Virus record (IMG/VR): IMGVR_UViG_3300022602_000055
Source of the DNA: an uncultured virus (IMG/VR IMGVR_UViG_3300022602_000055)
Taxonomy: Duplodnaviria > Heunggongvirae > Uroviricota > Caudoviricetes
Length of the DNA: 64,000 bases
Strand: one strand, 5' to 3'
The notes under the pieces were generated by a model that was not told the origin of the DNA, searched no databases, and was given only the letters and a program-made list of their open reading frames with translations. Below are positions 54,669 through 64,000 of this stretch, piece after piece; positions within the stretch are counted from its first letter, which is position 1, and each line of letters begins with the position of its first letter. A program made the position numbers and the translations under genes.

Positions 54669-55202
54669 TTACTGGTCGAAAGTATCTGGTACGTTGGATG
54701 AATATGCAGCAAACTGAGGGTCATTGACCATTTCATCTGGCATTACCTGTAAACAGTCTACGGCAAGTAAGCTAAATTTTTCACCGATAATGCCCTTTTG
54801 TTGTGCGAGGGTAGGTCTAAAAACTTCGCCTTTATAGATAAGGCGACCACGGTCTTGAGGGTCAGGGTTAGTTAAAACGCCTGGGATTAATTTTTCAATA
54901 ACATTGGCGTCTAAAGTTAAGTGTAGGGCGTCAGTGTTATAGAAACCTTGGTCAGATTGAAGAGTTTGTCCTTGTGTAATTACAGCTCTAACAACTGGAA
55001 CTGTGTACGGACCTTTCCATCTACGACCTGAACCAACAGCACCTACATCATAAATAGGGTCCAAGCTGGAGTCAGCCAAATCAAAAAGCCACCATTGAAC
55101 TGTAGTTCCTACCGAGTTCTGGAGTTCTGAGATTATGCCTGTGCGAACGTCGTTAGATTCAAAATCTTTTTCAAACCGACCGCCTGGGCTATATGAACGC
55201 AT
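54669..55202 (-). CDS. Putative head-closure/neck protein
   Basis: DPIYDVG...DQGFYNTDALHLT; context. Confidence 0.5.
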   Translation of the reverse strand: MRSYSPGGRFEKDFESNDVRTGIISELQNSVGTTVQWWLFDLADSSLDPIYDVGAVGSGRRWKGPYTVPVVRAVITQGQTLQSDQGFYNTDALHLTLDANVIEKLIPGVLTNPDPQDRGRLIYKGEVFRPTLAQQKGIIGEKFSLLAVDCLQVMPDEMVNDPQFAAYSSNVPDTFDQ

Positions 55203-55211
55203 TAACCTAGT

Positions 55212-55775
55212 TTATCCCCGTACAAGCTTTAAATTGTTCTCAACAGATTCTTTATATTGCGGGGCAAGGTCCATACCCTCTAACTCTTCTAAAAGCTGTA
55301 TGGATTCAATTTGCCTTCCAATCCACCAAGAACTTATGGCTAATTCATACTTAATTCCGTAATCTCCTGGGTATTTGACGTCATATTTTAGCGGTTCATA
55401 GCCATGAGTCTCTAAAGAGTTTTTACCTAAAGACGCCCAAGTGTATGCTTCTTGCCAATGACCTTTCCACTCTTCCTGTTGAGCTAAAAGGAAAAAAGCT
55501 TCGGGTCTTCTTGGACATACGGTTACCGCCTGTAATAGCGCATGAACTACTGAGTGCTCTCTATCAACTTGGTCAGCTAAACAATGAGCCATTTTAAGAA
55601 GAGAGACGTAGACGATTACAGAGTTATCTTCTTTAGAGTATTCCGCTGTTCGCAGGAAAAACGAGATAGCCGAAGCAGTCTGAGATAACCTTTCATACTC
55701 CAGCGCCACCTGAAAGTTTTTTTCTGGATTAAATGGGTCTTGTGACAACTCCCAAATAAGCTTGTCTAGTTCCAT
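55212..55775 (-). CDS. TPR-repeat protein
   Basis: Helical repeats; PRRPEAFFLLA. Confidence 0.75.
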   Translation of the reverse strand: MELDKLIWELSQDPFNPEKNFQVALEYERLSQTASAISFFLRTAEYSKEDNSVIVYVSLLKMAHCLADQVDREHSVVHALLQAVTVCPRRPEAFFLLAQQEEWKGHWQEAYTWASLGKNSLETHGYEPLKYDVKYPGDYGIKYELAISSWWIGRQIESIQLLEELEGMDLAPQYKESVENNLKLVRG

Positions 55776-56785
55776 GTTCCAGCACCCTTTGCTTCTATGG
55801 CTTTGTTAATAAGATAGTCAACGACATCCTTAGGAGTACGGAGGATAAATGCTGCATTGTCTTGAAAACTAAATGTTATTAATAGGTCGCCTTCGTATAC
55901 AGCAGCGCCAACGCAAAATTCAATATGTGCGTCTAAAAACTTAAACTGTGGGGTAAGCCCAAGCATATTAAAGTCTTTGTCCCATACAGCTACTCGGTGG
56001 TAGTACTGCCCATCTTTTTGATTTAGATAATTAAAAAACAAAGAGGTATCGTGAGTAATTGACACATAGTAGTCGCCCCAGTTAAATACATGGGAGCTTC
56101 CTCTTTGGTCAGCTGGAGCTGGGAAAGGTGGTTCTATTAAACTCACTTGTGTTGTTCCTACGTTTACATCTGGAGTGGATGTTACTATCTCCGTAGGAAT
56201 AGTCCACTTAATAAAGTGGAAGGGTTTATCTAAAATAGGGACCCAATTCTTTTCACAGTATGATAAATCTTCTCCAGGAGCAGCTAAACGTTTTCTAGCA
56301 ACTTCTTTAACTTCCCACTTAGATTTATTTAAACTAATGGTGCTGTACTCCATGCGACCTTGACCATTGGGAGTATTATCTCTGCGTACACCTACTAAAT
56401 AGTAAACTCCTTGCCATTGAACAAGGCGAGCATCTTCTAATCCGTGAAAGTCCCACATAGGCTCATGCAAAGAAAGCATATCTACATGCGCATAGTCGGT
56501 TAGTTCAAGGTTTGAATTTAACCTGCACAGGTAGTTTTCAGTAACTAAGTGCATATCTTTTTCTGGGTGAAGGTAAGCGAGAGGACCCCATTTAGATGGA
56601 AACCGTTGCGAGTTCTCTGAGTGATACAGAGAGTAGTTAACATGACGTAAGTTAACTAAAATATCACCGTCATCATCGACAAAGACAGATGGGTTCATTA
56701 ACCCTGTACCCGCCGTAAACTGTTTAGGGATAACTAGAGGGGCAAGCTTGCCACCATTTGTAACTGCTAGTTCTACAAGATTCAC
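55766..56785 (-). CDS. Five-bladed beta-propeller glycoside hydrolase/phosphorylase-like (GH130/GH43 clan)
   Basis: MNPSV, GLEDARL, CEKNWVP, RGSS, IEFCVG. Confidence 0.7.
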   Translation of the reverse strand: MNLVELAVTNGGKLAPLVIPKQFTAGTGLMNPSVFVDDDGDILVNLRHVNYSLYHSENSQRFPSKWGPLAYLHPEKDMHLVTENYLCRLNSNLELTDYAHVDMLSLHEPMWDFHGLEDARLVQWQGVYYLVGVRRDNTPNGQGRMEYSTISLNKSKWEVKEVARKRLAAPGEDLSYCEKNWVPILDKPFHFIKWTIPTEIVTSTPDVNVGTTQVSLIEPPFPAPADQRGSSHVFNWGDYYVSITHDTSLFFNYLNQKDGQYYHRVAVWDKDFNMLGLTPQFKFLDAHIEFCVGAAVYEGDLLITFSFQDNAAFILRTPKDVVDYLINKAIEAKGAGTWN

Positions 56786-56794
56786 TAAACAAGT

Positions 56795-56822
56795 CTACCC
56801 CACCAGTTGCCTGATGGGGTAG
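56795..56822 (-). terminator. Hairpin / possible terminator
   Basis: CTACCCCA...TGGGGTAG followed by ACTTGTTT on the - strand. Confidence 0.45.
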
Positions 56823-56843
56823 TGCTTGTAAGCAGTGTTGGAA

Positions 56844-59800
56844 TTAAGCTTGAGCTTCAGTCCACGAGATACGACCAAGTACTGGTTGAGCAGTTGCTGA
56901 AACGTTAGTTACAACAATTGTCAAGGTATCTGGACCATCTGGGAAGATGGAGTTGTTTGAGTAAGCAGAGCCACCACCAAGGATAGCGTTACCAAGGTCA
57001 CGAACCTGGGAGATATCCTGAGTACCAGTTGCGTTAGTCAAGAATCCACCAGTTGCTTCTCCACCCTGTAGGAGCATCTGAGAACCAGTTGCACCCATTG
57101 AGGAGTAGTCAGCGATTTGAGCTAGTGAAGAGTTTGGAGTTACAGTCTTGTTGTTAATGACGTTTGTCCAAGCAACGTTAGTGTTAGAACCTGTTGGGTT
57201 ATACACTGAACCGTTCAAGAACGCCTGAACAAGTACGTTACCTGTAGTAGTTCCGTACAAACTGATGTCCAAAGTGTTAAGAGTCAACTGCATTCGGTTA
57301 AGAACTTCACGGTATCCGAAGGCAGCAGCAACTGAGTTATCCACAGAAGGAGCTACGCGGATTGAGAAGAGAGCCTTAGACGCTGCACCGAAGAATGTCA
57401 ACGATGTAGCAGACAAGGTGACCGCGTTGCTAAGAACGATGACTGTTGATGAAGTTACTGAGACGACATAGGTTCCACGAGGGACTGCTGTTCCAGAGTC
57501 AACAACGAACATACCAGGAACGATGTTGGTATTTGCTGTACCAAGAGTTACTGTTGCTGAAGATGACGCCGTACCTGTAGCAGTTGTGCCGCTTTGAGGA
57601 GCCAAGTATGAAGTGGTTGTCTGACCGTAGGTAAAGAGCAAGCTCTTATCTGGTGTGAACAAACCATCCATAACAACCGAAGTACCCCAGTGAGAGATAG
57701 TTGGTGCGAATGTGGGAAATGCTTGCTCGACAACTACAGGAGCAGTGGCTGAGTAAGTGAACGCCTGACCAGATGTTGCGCCCAATGGAGGCACGATAAC
57801 TGTTGGGTTAGCGGTTGCTGGAGCAGATGAAAGGATGAGCGTAAGAGCGGCTGCAAAGATGTATTCAATCTTTGTGCCGTCTGGGAACGCTGGGCTAACA
57901 ATACGTTGACCTACTTGAAGACCTGATACTGAAGATACAGTAGCAATGTTAGAACCTACAGCAATTGTCAACGCCAATGAAGCAACACCTGCAGCACCAC
58001 GAGTAACACCTGTAAGGGTGTTAGAGGTGACGCCTGTATAGTTAACAACTTCGTAAGTTGAGCCAGAACGAATTGTTGCGCTTCCTGGGTAGGTAGCGAA
58101 TGTGATGGAACCAGAAACGGTACCAGCATTAGCCTGTGTCAAGGTAATTGTTGTTCCTGAAACAGAGTTAACAATCGCACCTGCGTTAATGTTTGTTGCA
58201 GTAACGAACATGCCTGGCAAGATACCTGTAGCACTAGCGACTGAAACTGTATAGGCACCTGAAGTACCTGTAGCGGTTGTGCTAACAGTGCTTGGTGCGT
58301 AGAAACCACTTGTGTTACCAACGTTAAGTGTGGTATCGCTGGTACCTACTGAAGCAGTGATTGTAGTCGTAGGTGGAATAGCTGATGTTTCATAGCGACC
58401 TGGCAAGTTACCTGAACGCATGAACGCGGTGGCATTTTGGTTATTGTTTGCCATCTTGTGTGCGTAAAGGATGTTACCGTGAGCAGATGCGCGGAAGCCC
58501 CAACGAATAGCACCTGAGCCGTACCATGAGTAATCGATGAAGAACATCTGTGTCTTGGTAAGGTCGATGTTGTATTCAGATGGACCTGTTCCGTTCATTG
58601 GGTCAAGGTTCCATTGTGATTGTGGAACACGAGTCTCTTGTGTAAGAGATACAACCACGTTAGAGGCTGTAAGACCACGGTAGGCAGGTTGAATTGTAAG
58701 AGAAGTGTCTGATGCAATATCTGTTACACGGTATGACTGACCACGAAGAACAATGTACTGACCAACTTGAATTTGCTTGTTAAATACAGTTGGATAGTTT
58801 GTGGACGCAGTAATTGTGTTAGAACCGTTAGTTACAGACACACGTCCAGCAATTTGGAAGATAGAGGAGCGACGAACTGCCCAAAGGGTAGCGCCGTCGT
58901 ACTCAAAGAAAACACCGTTCTGGTTGTCGTAAATACCAAGGCGGTTAACAGCACCGCTCCAAGCATTGACAGACACGTAGTAGGAACCTGATGCAGTAGC
59001 TACGCCAGGAGCATTGAGCGGAACATAGGTAAAGCTGTTAAGACCTGTTACCTGAGCAACGGCAAAGGTACCGCTGTAACCGTATTCGTTTGCGCCATAT
59101 ACGGTGACTTGGTAACCAGGCTGTAGACCGTGCTTTTCCTTTGTAATTACAGTTACATAGGGAGCTGAGTATGTAAGAGAATCTACTCCGTAAGTAGGCT
59201 TGAGTGCTGTACCAGAAGACATCTGGACACCCTTACCTGACTGGTAGTGGAAGTATCGACGTGTTTGACGAATTAACTGTGAGTTGTTAGAGCCAGAGTT
59301 TGATGTGAAGATAACACCACCATCAAACGCACGCTGTAAAACTTGTCCTTGTGGACGACCAAAGATTGCTGTGTAGAAAGTAATTGACGTTGTAGAAAGT
59401 GCTGCAGTCAAGTTCTGTGAAAGAGTGACGACAGTTCCTTGAACAGTTGTCACATAAGTACCTGCAGAAATACCGACAGCTGAAACAACCATACCTACAG
59501 TAATGTTAGTTGCAGAGGCAACAGTGATGATGTTAGTTGCAGCAGCACCTGTTGCTGTTGTAGCAGTGAGGTTAGCGGTAATTGTTCCTGTTGGGGCAGC
59601 AGACGCATAGTAAACGAATACTGTTGGTGAAGTCACCTGAGATACATAGAAGTTACCGTTAGGTGCGTTCGTTGTAGCGGTTGAACCAATAACAGCAATT
59701 TCGTTACCAACAGACAAGCCGTGAGGGTTTGTAGTTGTAACAGTAACTGCTTGACCTGAGTTAGTGATTGATGATGCAGTAATAGCAGATTGTGCATAAA

Positions 59801-61010
59801 AGCTACCAAAAGCAACCACAGTCTTGTTAGGGTCAAAGACAGTCTGAGATGCCCAAGCTGTAGGTGTTGAACCCTTAGCTGAGAATGTGAATGAAGTTTC
59901 GCCAGGACGGGTTTCAATTACATAGTTACCTGGAATATGCTGGGCATATGTATCCACGATTGTAAATGGAGTGTTAACAGGAGGAGCAACGTTAGAGGTA
60001 ACAGTACCTGCACCAGTTGATTGACCTGTTGTTGAGTTGGCGATAATGAAGGTTGTTGTTGAAGGAACAGCAAGAATCTGAGCTGGGATACCAGAGGTTG
60101 TGTTGTAGCCAGATGCTGTGATACCAGTAACGGTAACGAACTGACTAACGTTCAAACCGTGAGCAGATGCTGTTGTGTATAGCGCAGTTGTACCGTTACC
60201 TTGAACGCCTGTAGCAGTTGTTGCTACTGTGGTGTTTGTAAGAGAAACAGTAATTGTCTTTGTACCAGCGGTTGATGTCTGGATATCAGTAACAGTAATT
60301 GCGTTATAAAGAGGAGTAACCGCAAATGGACGGTTGTTTATCAACGCAATAGACTCCCATTTAGAGTCCTGACGGCTGTATTCAAAGTCAGTATCGATAA
60401 GTGATTGTGGAGAAGATGTACGCATCTTGCCCACTGGGTCCATAAGTTCTTCTGATGGGCGGAAACGCTCGTCAAATTCATCAAAGACAACTTGGACATT
60501 GTCTGTAGAAGCAAGACCTACTGTGCTTGCATAAAGGGTTGCGACTGTACATTCAGAGTTCCACAAAGTACCGCCAGATACAAAAGTACCTGTAACAGTA
60601 GAGGCAACAGTGATGGTGTTAGATGTAACAGCGGTAACTCGGTAGTAGCCGTTAAACGCTGCAGGGGTAACACCGCTGACATAGATGAACATACCAGGTT
60701 GGTAAGCACCGATGGTATTAGTAGAACCTGTAGCAACAGTGCTCGCAAGGTTAGCAAAAGTAAATGTTACGGCTGAACCTGTTGAGGTTGCACCTGTAAT
60801 GTTTGCGGACAACTGTCCGTCGTTGTATTGGGCTACGCTTGAAAAGCGAAGTGAGGGGTCGGAGAAGTTGTAAATAACTTTTCCAGCGGTTACGTCAGTA
60901 ATAAGGACAAACCGCTCAAAAGGAAGCGCCTTTCCAATGACGATGTTACCGACGCCAGAGGCGCCAGGGTTTAATTGATAACTACCTTCCAGTAGTACTT
61001 TGCGTGACAT
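56844..61010 (-). CDS. Large virion/tail fibre-like protein with repeated beta modules
   Basis: 1388 aa, Thr/Ala/Ser-rich; PQSLIDTDFEY, RQTRRYF.YQSGKG; repeated HGL..G..V.V.G modules. Confidence 0.8.
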   Translation of the reverse strand: MSRKVLLEGSYQLNPGASGVGNIVIGKALPFERFVLITDVTAGKVIYNFSDPSLRFSSVAQYNDGQLSANITGATSTGSAVTFTFANLASTVATGSTNTIGAYQPGMFIYVSGVTPAAFNGYYRVTAVTSNTITVASTVTGTFVSGGTLWNSECTVATLYASTVGLASTDNVQVVFDEFDERFRPSEELMDPVGKMRTSSPQSLIDTDFEYSRQDSKWESIALINNRPFAVTPLYNAITVTDIQTSTAGTKTITVSLTNTTVATTATGVQGNGTTALYTTASAHGLNVSQFVTVTGITASGYNTTSGIPAQILAVPSTTTFIIANSTTGQSTGAGTVTSNVAPPVNTPFTIVDTYAQHIPGNYVIETRPGETSFTFSAKGSTPTAWASQTVFDPNKTVVAFGSFYAQSAITASSITNSGQAVTVTTTNPHGLSVGNEIAVIGSTATTNAPNGNFYVSQVTSPTVFVYYASAAPTGTITANLTATTATGAAATNIITVASATNITVGMVVSAVGISAGTYVTTVQGTVVTLSQNLTAALSTTSITFYTAIFGRPQGQVLQRAFDGGVIFTSNSGSNNSQLIRQTRRYFHYQSGKGVQMSSGTALKPTYGVDSLTYSAPYVTVITKEKHGLQPGYQVTVYGANEYGYSGTFAVAQVTGLNSFTYVPLNAPGVATASGSYYVSVNAWSGAVNRLGIYDNQNGVFFEYDGATLWAVRRSSIFQIAGRVSVTNGSNTITASTNYPTVFNKQIQVGQYIVLRGQSYRVTDIASDTSLTIQPAYRGLTASNVVVSLTQETRVPQSQWNLDPMNGTGPSEYNIDLTKTQMFFIDYSWYGSGAIRWGFRASAHGNILYAHKMANNNQNATAFMRSGNLPGRYETSAIPPTTTITASVGTSDTTLNVGNTSGFYAPSTVSTTATGTSGAYTVSVASATGILPGMFVTATNINAGAIVNSVSGTTITLTQANAGTVSGSITFATYPGSATIRSGSTYEVVNYTGVTSNTLTGVTRGAAGVASLALTIAVGSNIATVSSVSGLQVGQRIVSPAFPDGTKIEYIFAAALTLILSSAPATANPTVIVPPLGATSGQAFTYSATAPVVVEQAFPTFAPTISHWGTSVVMDGLFTPDKSLLFTYGQTTTSYLAPQSGTTATGTASSSATVTLGTANTNIVPGMFVVDSGTAVPRGTYVVSVTSSTVIVLSNAVTLSATSLTFFGAASKALFSIRVAPSVDNSVAAAFGYREVLNRMQLTLNTLDISLYGTTTGNVLVQAFLNGSVYNPTGSNTNVAWTNVINNKTVTPNSSLAQIADYSSMGATGSQMLLQGGEATGGFLTNATGTQDISQVRDLGNAILGGGSAYSNNSIFPDGPDTLTIVVTNVSATAQPVLGRISWTEAQA

Positions 61011-61013
61011 TTC

Positions 61014-61511
61014 TTAAAGGGCTCCCATCATAAGGTCCATTGGCGCAAATGGATAGTTTGTTGTGTTGCTTGTTGTTGAAGTTCCTAAAACAACTCTTCC
61101 CTCAAACACCGAGCCTGCTGCTGGTGCTGTGGAAAAAACAATGTTTCCATCATTATTGATAGCTATTGTAGCTGGTTCTAAGACTACTGGGCTGAGCCAA
61201 GTAGGGGTGGCTACAAGAACTTTTTGCTTAACGCCGTTAAGGTAAAGTTCTAGTCTTTCAGGGTTAGTAATAGTTACCGTTACCCCCTGGTAAGTTGGCT
61301 TAAACACGACATCTCTGCCGTTAAATTGGTTTCGGATATTATCCAAAATCGCAATATCGATGATTCCAGAGGCGCCTTGAATACCCTGAAGACCTTGCGG
61401 TCCTGTAGAGGAAGACGTGGCTTGCCAACCATAGCCAGTCCATGTCCACGTACGGTTTCCATAGGTATAGGTCTGATTTACTGTTGGGCTAAGCGGGAAG
61501 TTAATTGCCAT
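61014..61511 (-). CDS. Tail fibre-associated protein
   Basis: MAINFP.SPTVNQ...WTWTG.W; short collagen-like GXY. Confidence 0.7.
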   Translation of the reverse strand: MAINFPLSPTVNQTYTYGNRTWTWTGYGWQATSSSTGPQGLQGIQGASGIIDIAILDNIRNQFNGRDVVFKPTYQGVTVTITNPERLELYLNGVKQKVLVATPTWLSPVVLEPATIAINNDGNIVFSTAPAAGSVFEGRVVLGTSTTSNTTNYPFAPMDLMMGAL

Positions 61512-61605
61512 ATTGGACAGAACCCACCCTTTCTTTTGTATCAGTTCTCAGTATAGGGTTCTTAATGCCTAATTCTGAGGTAAAAAAACTTTTAACATAA
61601 GCAAT

Positions 61606-61812
61606 TTAACAAAAAGCCAAAAAGTTTCCAGGAGCAGAGGACGAAGTTATAGCATCTATCACCACGTAGTCATTGTTTCCAGCATAAGTTGTAGCAAGAG
61701 AGCCAATTCCCCACGTAACTCCAGATTGAACAGAGGTATTTATTCCAGAGCCTACATAAGCTACGTTTTCCCACCGACCTCCAGTATTGCTGTTAACTGC
61801 TAGCTCTTTCTG
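61606..61812 (-). pseudogene. 5'-truncated remnant of a tail-fibre-type gene
   Basis: 68-codon open frame without a start codon, ending ...SSSAPGNFLAFC. Confidence 0.45.
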
Positions 61813-61881
61813 TTAGTTAGTACGGTGGATACTACTTGGTTGTTTTCGGGGATTACGCTTTAGCGGTAGTTAGCCATTGGG

Positions 61882-62115
61882 TTAGCCTACCAATGCGGCG
61901 ATTTCCTCATCAGTCAAACCCAACTTAGCCAACTTAGAAATTGCACTTGATTTAGCGGCTTGTGCATCGGCTTCAGCCTTAGCCTTAGCATCCGCCTGCG
62001 CCTGTGCCGTTTGTGCCGCAGCCTCTTGAGCCGCAATCTCATCTGTCGTGAGGGGAACCATTGTTGTCTCCCCCGTCACGCAATCAACGATTAGGTGCAT
62101 AGGTGTATCTGTCAT
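61882..62115 (-). CDS. Small tail fibre chaperone-like protein
   Basis: LTTDEI...KLAKLGLTDEEIAAL. Confidence 0.7.
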   Translation of the reverse strand: MTDTPMHLIVDCVTGETTMVPLTTDEIAAQEAAAQTAQAQADAKAKAEADAQAAKSSAISKLAKLGLTDEEIAALVG

Positions 62116-62127
62116 TTGCTTCCCCTT

Positions 62128-62652
62128 CTAGGAATTTTTGATGCCGTATAAATAAAAATTGCTGTACTGAACAAAGTTGCCACTTGAAGGTGTCAAATCA
62201 ATTCTTGTAATGCCAGATGCACCCCTATAAAGATGGGCATTGACTTGAATGTTGGCGTGTGCGGCAGTCGTGTCATTGGTTTCTGCAATGTTTGTCGCAA
62301 AATAAGGCTTATTACCAGTGGATTGGTAATTAGGGATGTAAATTTCCATTGAACCAAAAGCGTTAGCAGTAGCGTTGGCACCAGTTACATAGTCATAACC
62401 ACCAATACCATTTCCGTCCCGTAATGAAGAAACAGAAAATGAGTTACCAAGAAGTGATGTATAAGAATAGTTTGTTCCAGTATCGCTATTGAGTTTTACT
62501 GTTACAAAAATTGCGTAGTTTGCATCATCCCCCCTCGCGCTCACAACCAACTTCAAGTCGTTATACGAGGTAGGAATCGAGGAGAAAGTTACGCTGGCAG
62601 TTGTACCGCCGAGGGTTTGGGATGAGATGAGGGTCATTGTTGCGTTAGCCAT
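62128..62652 (-). CDS. Tail fibre-associated paralog 3
   Basis: SVTFSSIP.SYNDL...FYLYGI. Confidence 0.75.
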   Translation of the reverse strand: MANATMTLISSQTLGGTTASVTFSSIPTSYNDLKLVVSARGDDANYAIFVTVKLNSDTGTNYSYTSLLGNSFSVSSLRDGNGIGGYDYVTGANATANAFGSMEIYIPNYQSTGNKPYFATNIAETNDTTAAHANIQVNAHLYRGASGITRIDLTPSSGNFVQYSNFYLYGIKNS

Positions 62653-62662
62653 TTTTTACCGC

Positions 62663-63157
62663 CTAAATTCCGAAGAGTGTGGCGATAGTGCCAGTTGAAT
62701 AAGTACCAGTAGATACAGTTATGGTTATTGAAGTAATTGCGGCGGTACTTCTCCAAAGACCAATTTCGACACCTACACGACCAGAGCCGTTGTAATCTTC
62801 CGATGCGCTAGAAAGCATTACTTTATTAGTTGAGCCAGCATAAGACTGGACATCAATAATAAACATTGATGGAATTGTGGTTGAAGAACCTGCAAAGTCT
62901 AAAGGAATGTTGTTTTGTGAAACTGGTGCGCCAGAGATAGCAGATGAACCTAGTCCAATTAAGTAGATTCGGGAATAATTTGTTCCAGTATCCCCATTGA
63001 ATGTTAAGTTTGAATCAGAAGATGCTCCACTTGTAATGATATTACTAATTACCAACCTCAAATCCGTATAAGTGCCAGGGATTGATGAGAAGGTGATAGA
63101 GGCGGCAGCAGAGCCGAGTGTTTGAGTGGCGATAGGAATGTAGGTTGCTGTTGCCAT
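62663..63157 (-). CDS. Tail fibre-associated paralog 2
   Basis: SITFSSIPGTYTDL...WRSTAAITS...LFGI. Confidence 0.75.
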   Translation of the reverse strand: MATATYIPIATQTLGSAAASITFSSIPGTYTDLRLVISNIITSGASSDSNLTFNGDTGTNYSRIYLIGLGSSAISGAPVSQNNIPLDFAGSSTTIPSMFIIDVQSYAGSTNKVMLSSASEDYNGSGRVGVEIGLWRSTAAITSITITVSTGTYSTGTIATLFGI

Positions 63158-63160
63158 GAG

Positions 63161-63715
63161 TTAATTACTCCCATACAAGGTTATGGTTCCCGTATAAGTT
63201 CCGCTTAGGACTAAGAGAGTTAATGAAGTAATCGCGGCAGTATTCATCCAAAGTCCCGAATCTAATTCGATTGTTCCTGCCGATGTGTTATTGTTTATGC
63301 CAGTAATAGACTTAAGGGTTTTATACTTATTGGTGTTTGCGTAATCAATAATGTCAATTATTCCTACTTCTGGGTAGGTTGGATAAGTTGAATTCTGGTT
63401 TATGTAAATGAATGCTTGGTTCGCGCCCCCACCATTTGCAGAAGTTGCAGTACCAGAACCAACGAGATTATGAAAAGCATAATTTGAACCAGTATCGCCA
63501 TTGAATTGAACTTTAAATATTGTGTTCGTTGATACAATTAAATTAAATCTCACCTGCAATGATTTGTAGGTGGAAGGGATACTAGAGAAGGTGACGGTGG
63601 AAACGGCAGACGGAGATAGTTGCTGAATTTGGTAGAAGTTACTTGTTGAGGCAGTAGCTCCTAAAAATCCATAACCCCACGCTGAAGCATCCGCTTTTGT
63701 TTGTAGTAATGGCAT
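63161..63715 (-). CDS. Tail fibre-associated paralog 1
   Basis: TVTFSSIPSTYKSL...WMNTAAITS...LYG. Confidence 0.75.
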   Translation of the reverse strand: MPLLQTKADASAWGYGFLGATASTSNFYQIQQLSPSAVSTVTFSSIPSTYKSLQVRFNLIVSTNTIFKVQFNGDTGSNYAFHNLVGSGTATSANGGGANQAFIYINQNSTYPTYPEVGIIDIIDYANTNKYKTLKSITGINNNTSAGTIELDSGLWMNTAAITSLTLLVLSGTYTGTITLYGSN

Positions 63716-63717
63716 TT

Positions 63718-64000
63718 TTACGCAAACTTTGTTTGAGAGGCGAAAATCGTATAAGTTGCTGAGGCGGTCTTGTAAATCGTGTAAGAATAAGCATCAATGG
63801 CTGAGGCGTTGCCAGCGGTAGGTGCGGTTCCACCTTGCCACTTAGGGGTGACTGAGGTTCCGTCAATGGTGATTGCTGAAGCGTAGTAAGGCGTTGCGCC
63901 GTTAGTGTTGAGAAATACGCAGGTGACTGATTGGTTATTAGCAAGAAGCGTGTTAAGGGTTGTTCCTGAGTTGCCTCGAAAGTTAAGTGTGAAGTTAGCG
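63718..64000 (-). CDS. Partial tail fibre protein (C-terminus)
   Basis: ...NFRGNSGTTLN...PKWQGGTAPTAGNASAIDAYSYTIYKT...ASQTKFA. Confidence 0.75.
   Translation of the reverse strand, partial: ANFTLNFRGNSGTTLNTLLANNQSVTCVFLNTNGATPYYASAITIDGTSVTPKWQGGTAPTAGNASAIDAYSYTIYKTASATYTIFASQTKFA

Noticed and set aside
967..63944. Opposite-strand and alternative-frame ORFs in the track (e.g. 967-1410, 2314-2742, 5308-5562, 11983-12462, 17094-17498, 25381-25833, 47898-48272, 63639-63944)
   Set aside because: Nearly all overlap well-supported genes, and they lack RBSs and motifs; 5308-5562 instead overlaps the structured non-coding island.
1..64000. tRNA or tmRNA genes
   Set aside because: No cloverleaf with a GTTCRA T-loop and acceptor stem was recognised in intergenic regions by eye; tRNAscan-SE or ARAGORN would be needed to exclude them fully.

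Overview
64 kb segment of a large dsDNA myovirus. Its host is probably an Actinobacterium (WhiB, DUF4192-like gene, GAAAGG-type RBSs); a freshwater origin is a guess from gene content. (1) Positions ~300-11012 (+ strand) form an early/accessory region of many small acidic or Zn-finger ORFs, including DUF932, YubB/DUF1281-like and DUF4192-like genes. It is built from repeated cis-modules: terminator, ~90-bp rod hairpin with constant GTTTGGGTTGGGCT ends, 11-bp-phased RTAAC or TCTCAG box arrays, promoter, leader hairpin or pseudoknot. It also holds a gene-free stretch (5013-5890) with a candidate anti-Shine-Dalgarno sRNA and a ~270-nt structured RNA. (2) Positions 11070-38253 (- strand) encode class II RNR, a nucleotidyltransferase/HAD/TGT-like operon, basic low-complexity proteins, SpoVS, RuvC, a Cas4-like nuclease, WhiB, RecA, PolA, SSB, SNF2 helicase, dNMP kinase, primase, DnaB, a DnaC-like loader and an initiator. 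(3) Positions 38266-64000 (- strand) encode the contractile tail: baseplate, tape measure, a chaperone with a candidate +1 frameshift, tube, sheath, Lys-rich microproteins and tail fibres. No tRNA, CRISPR array, integrase, capsid or terminase large subunit was recognised in this window. All family calls come from motifs recognised by eye, not from database searches.
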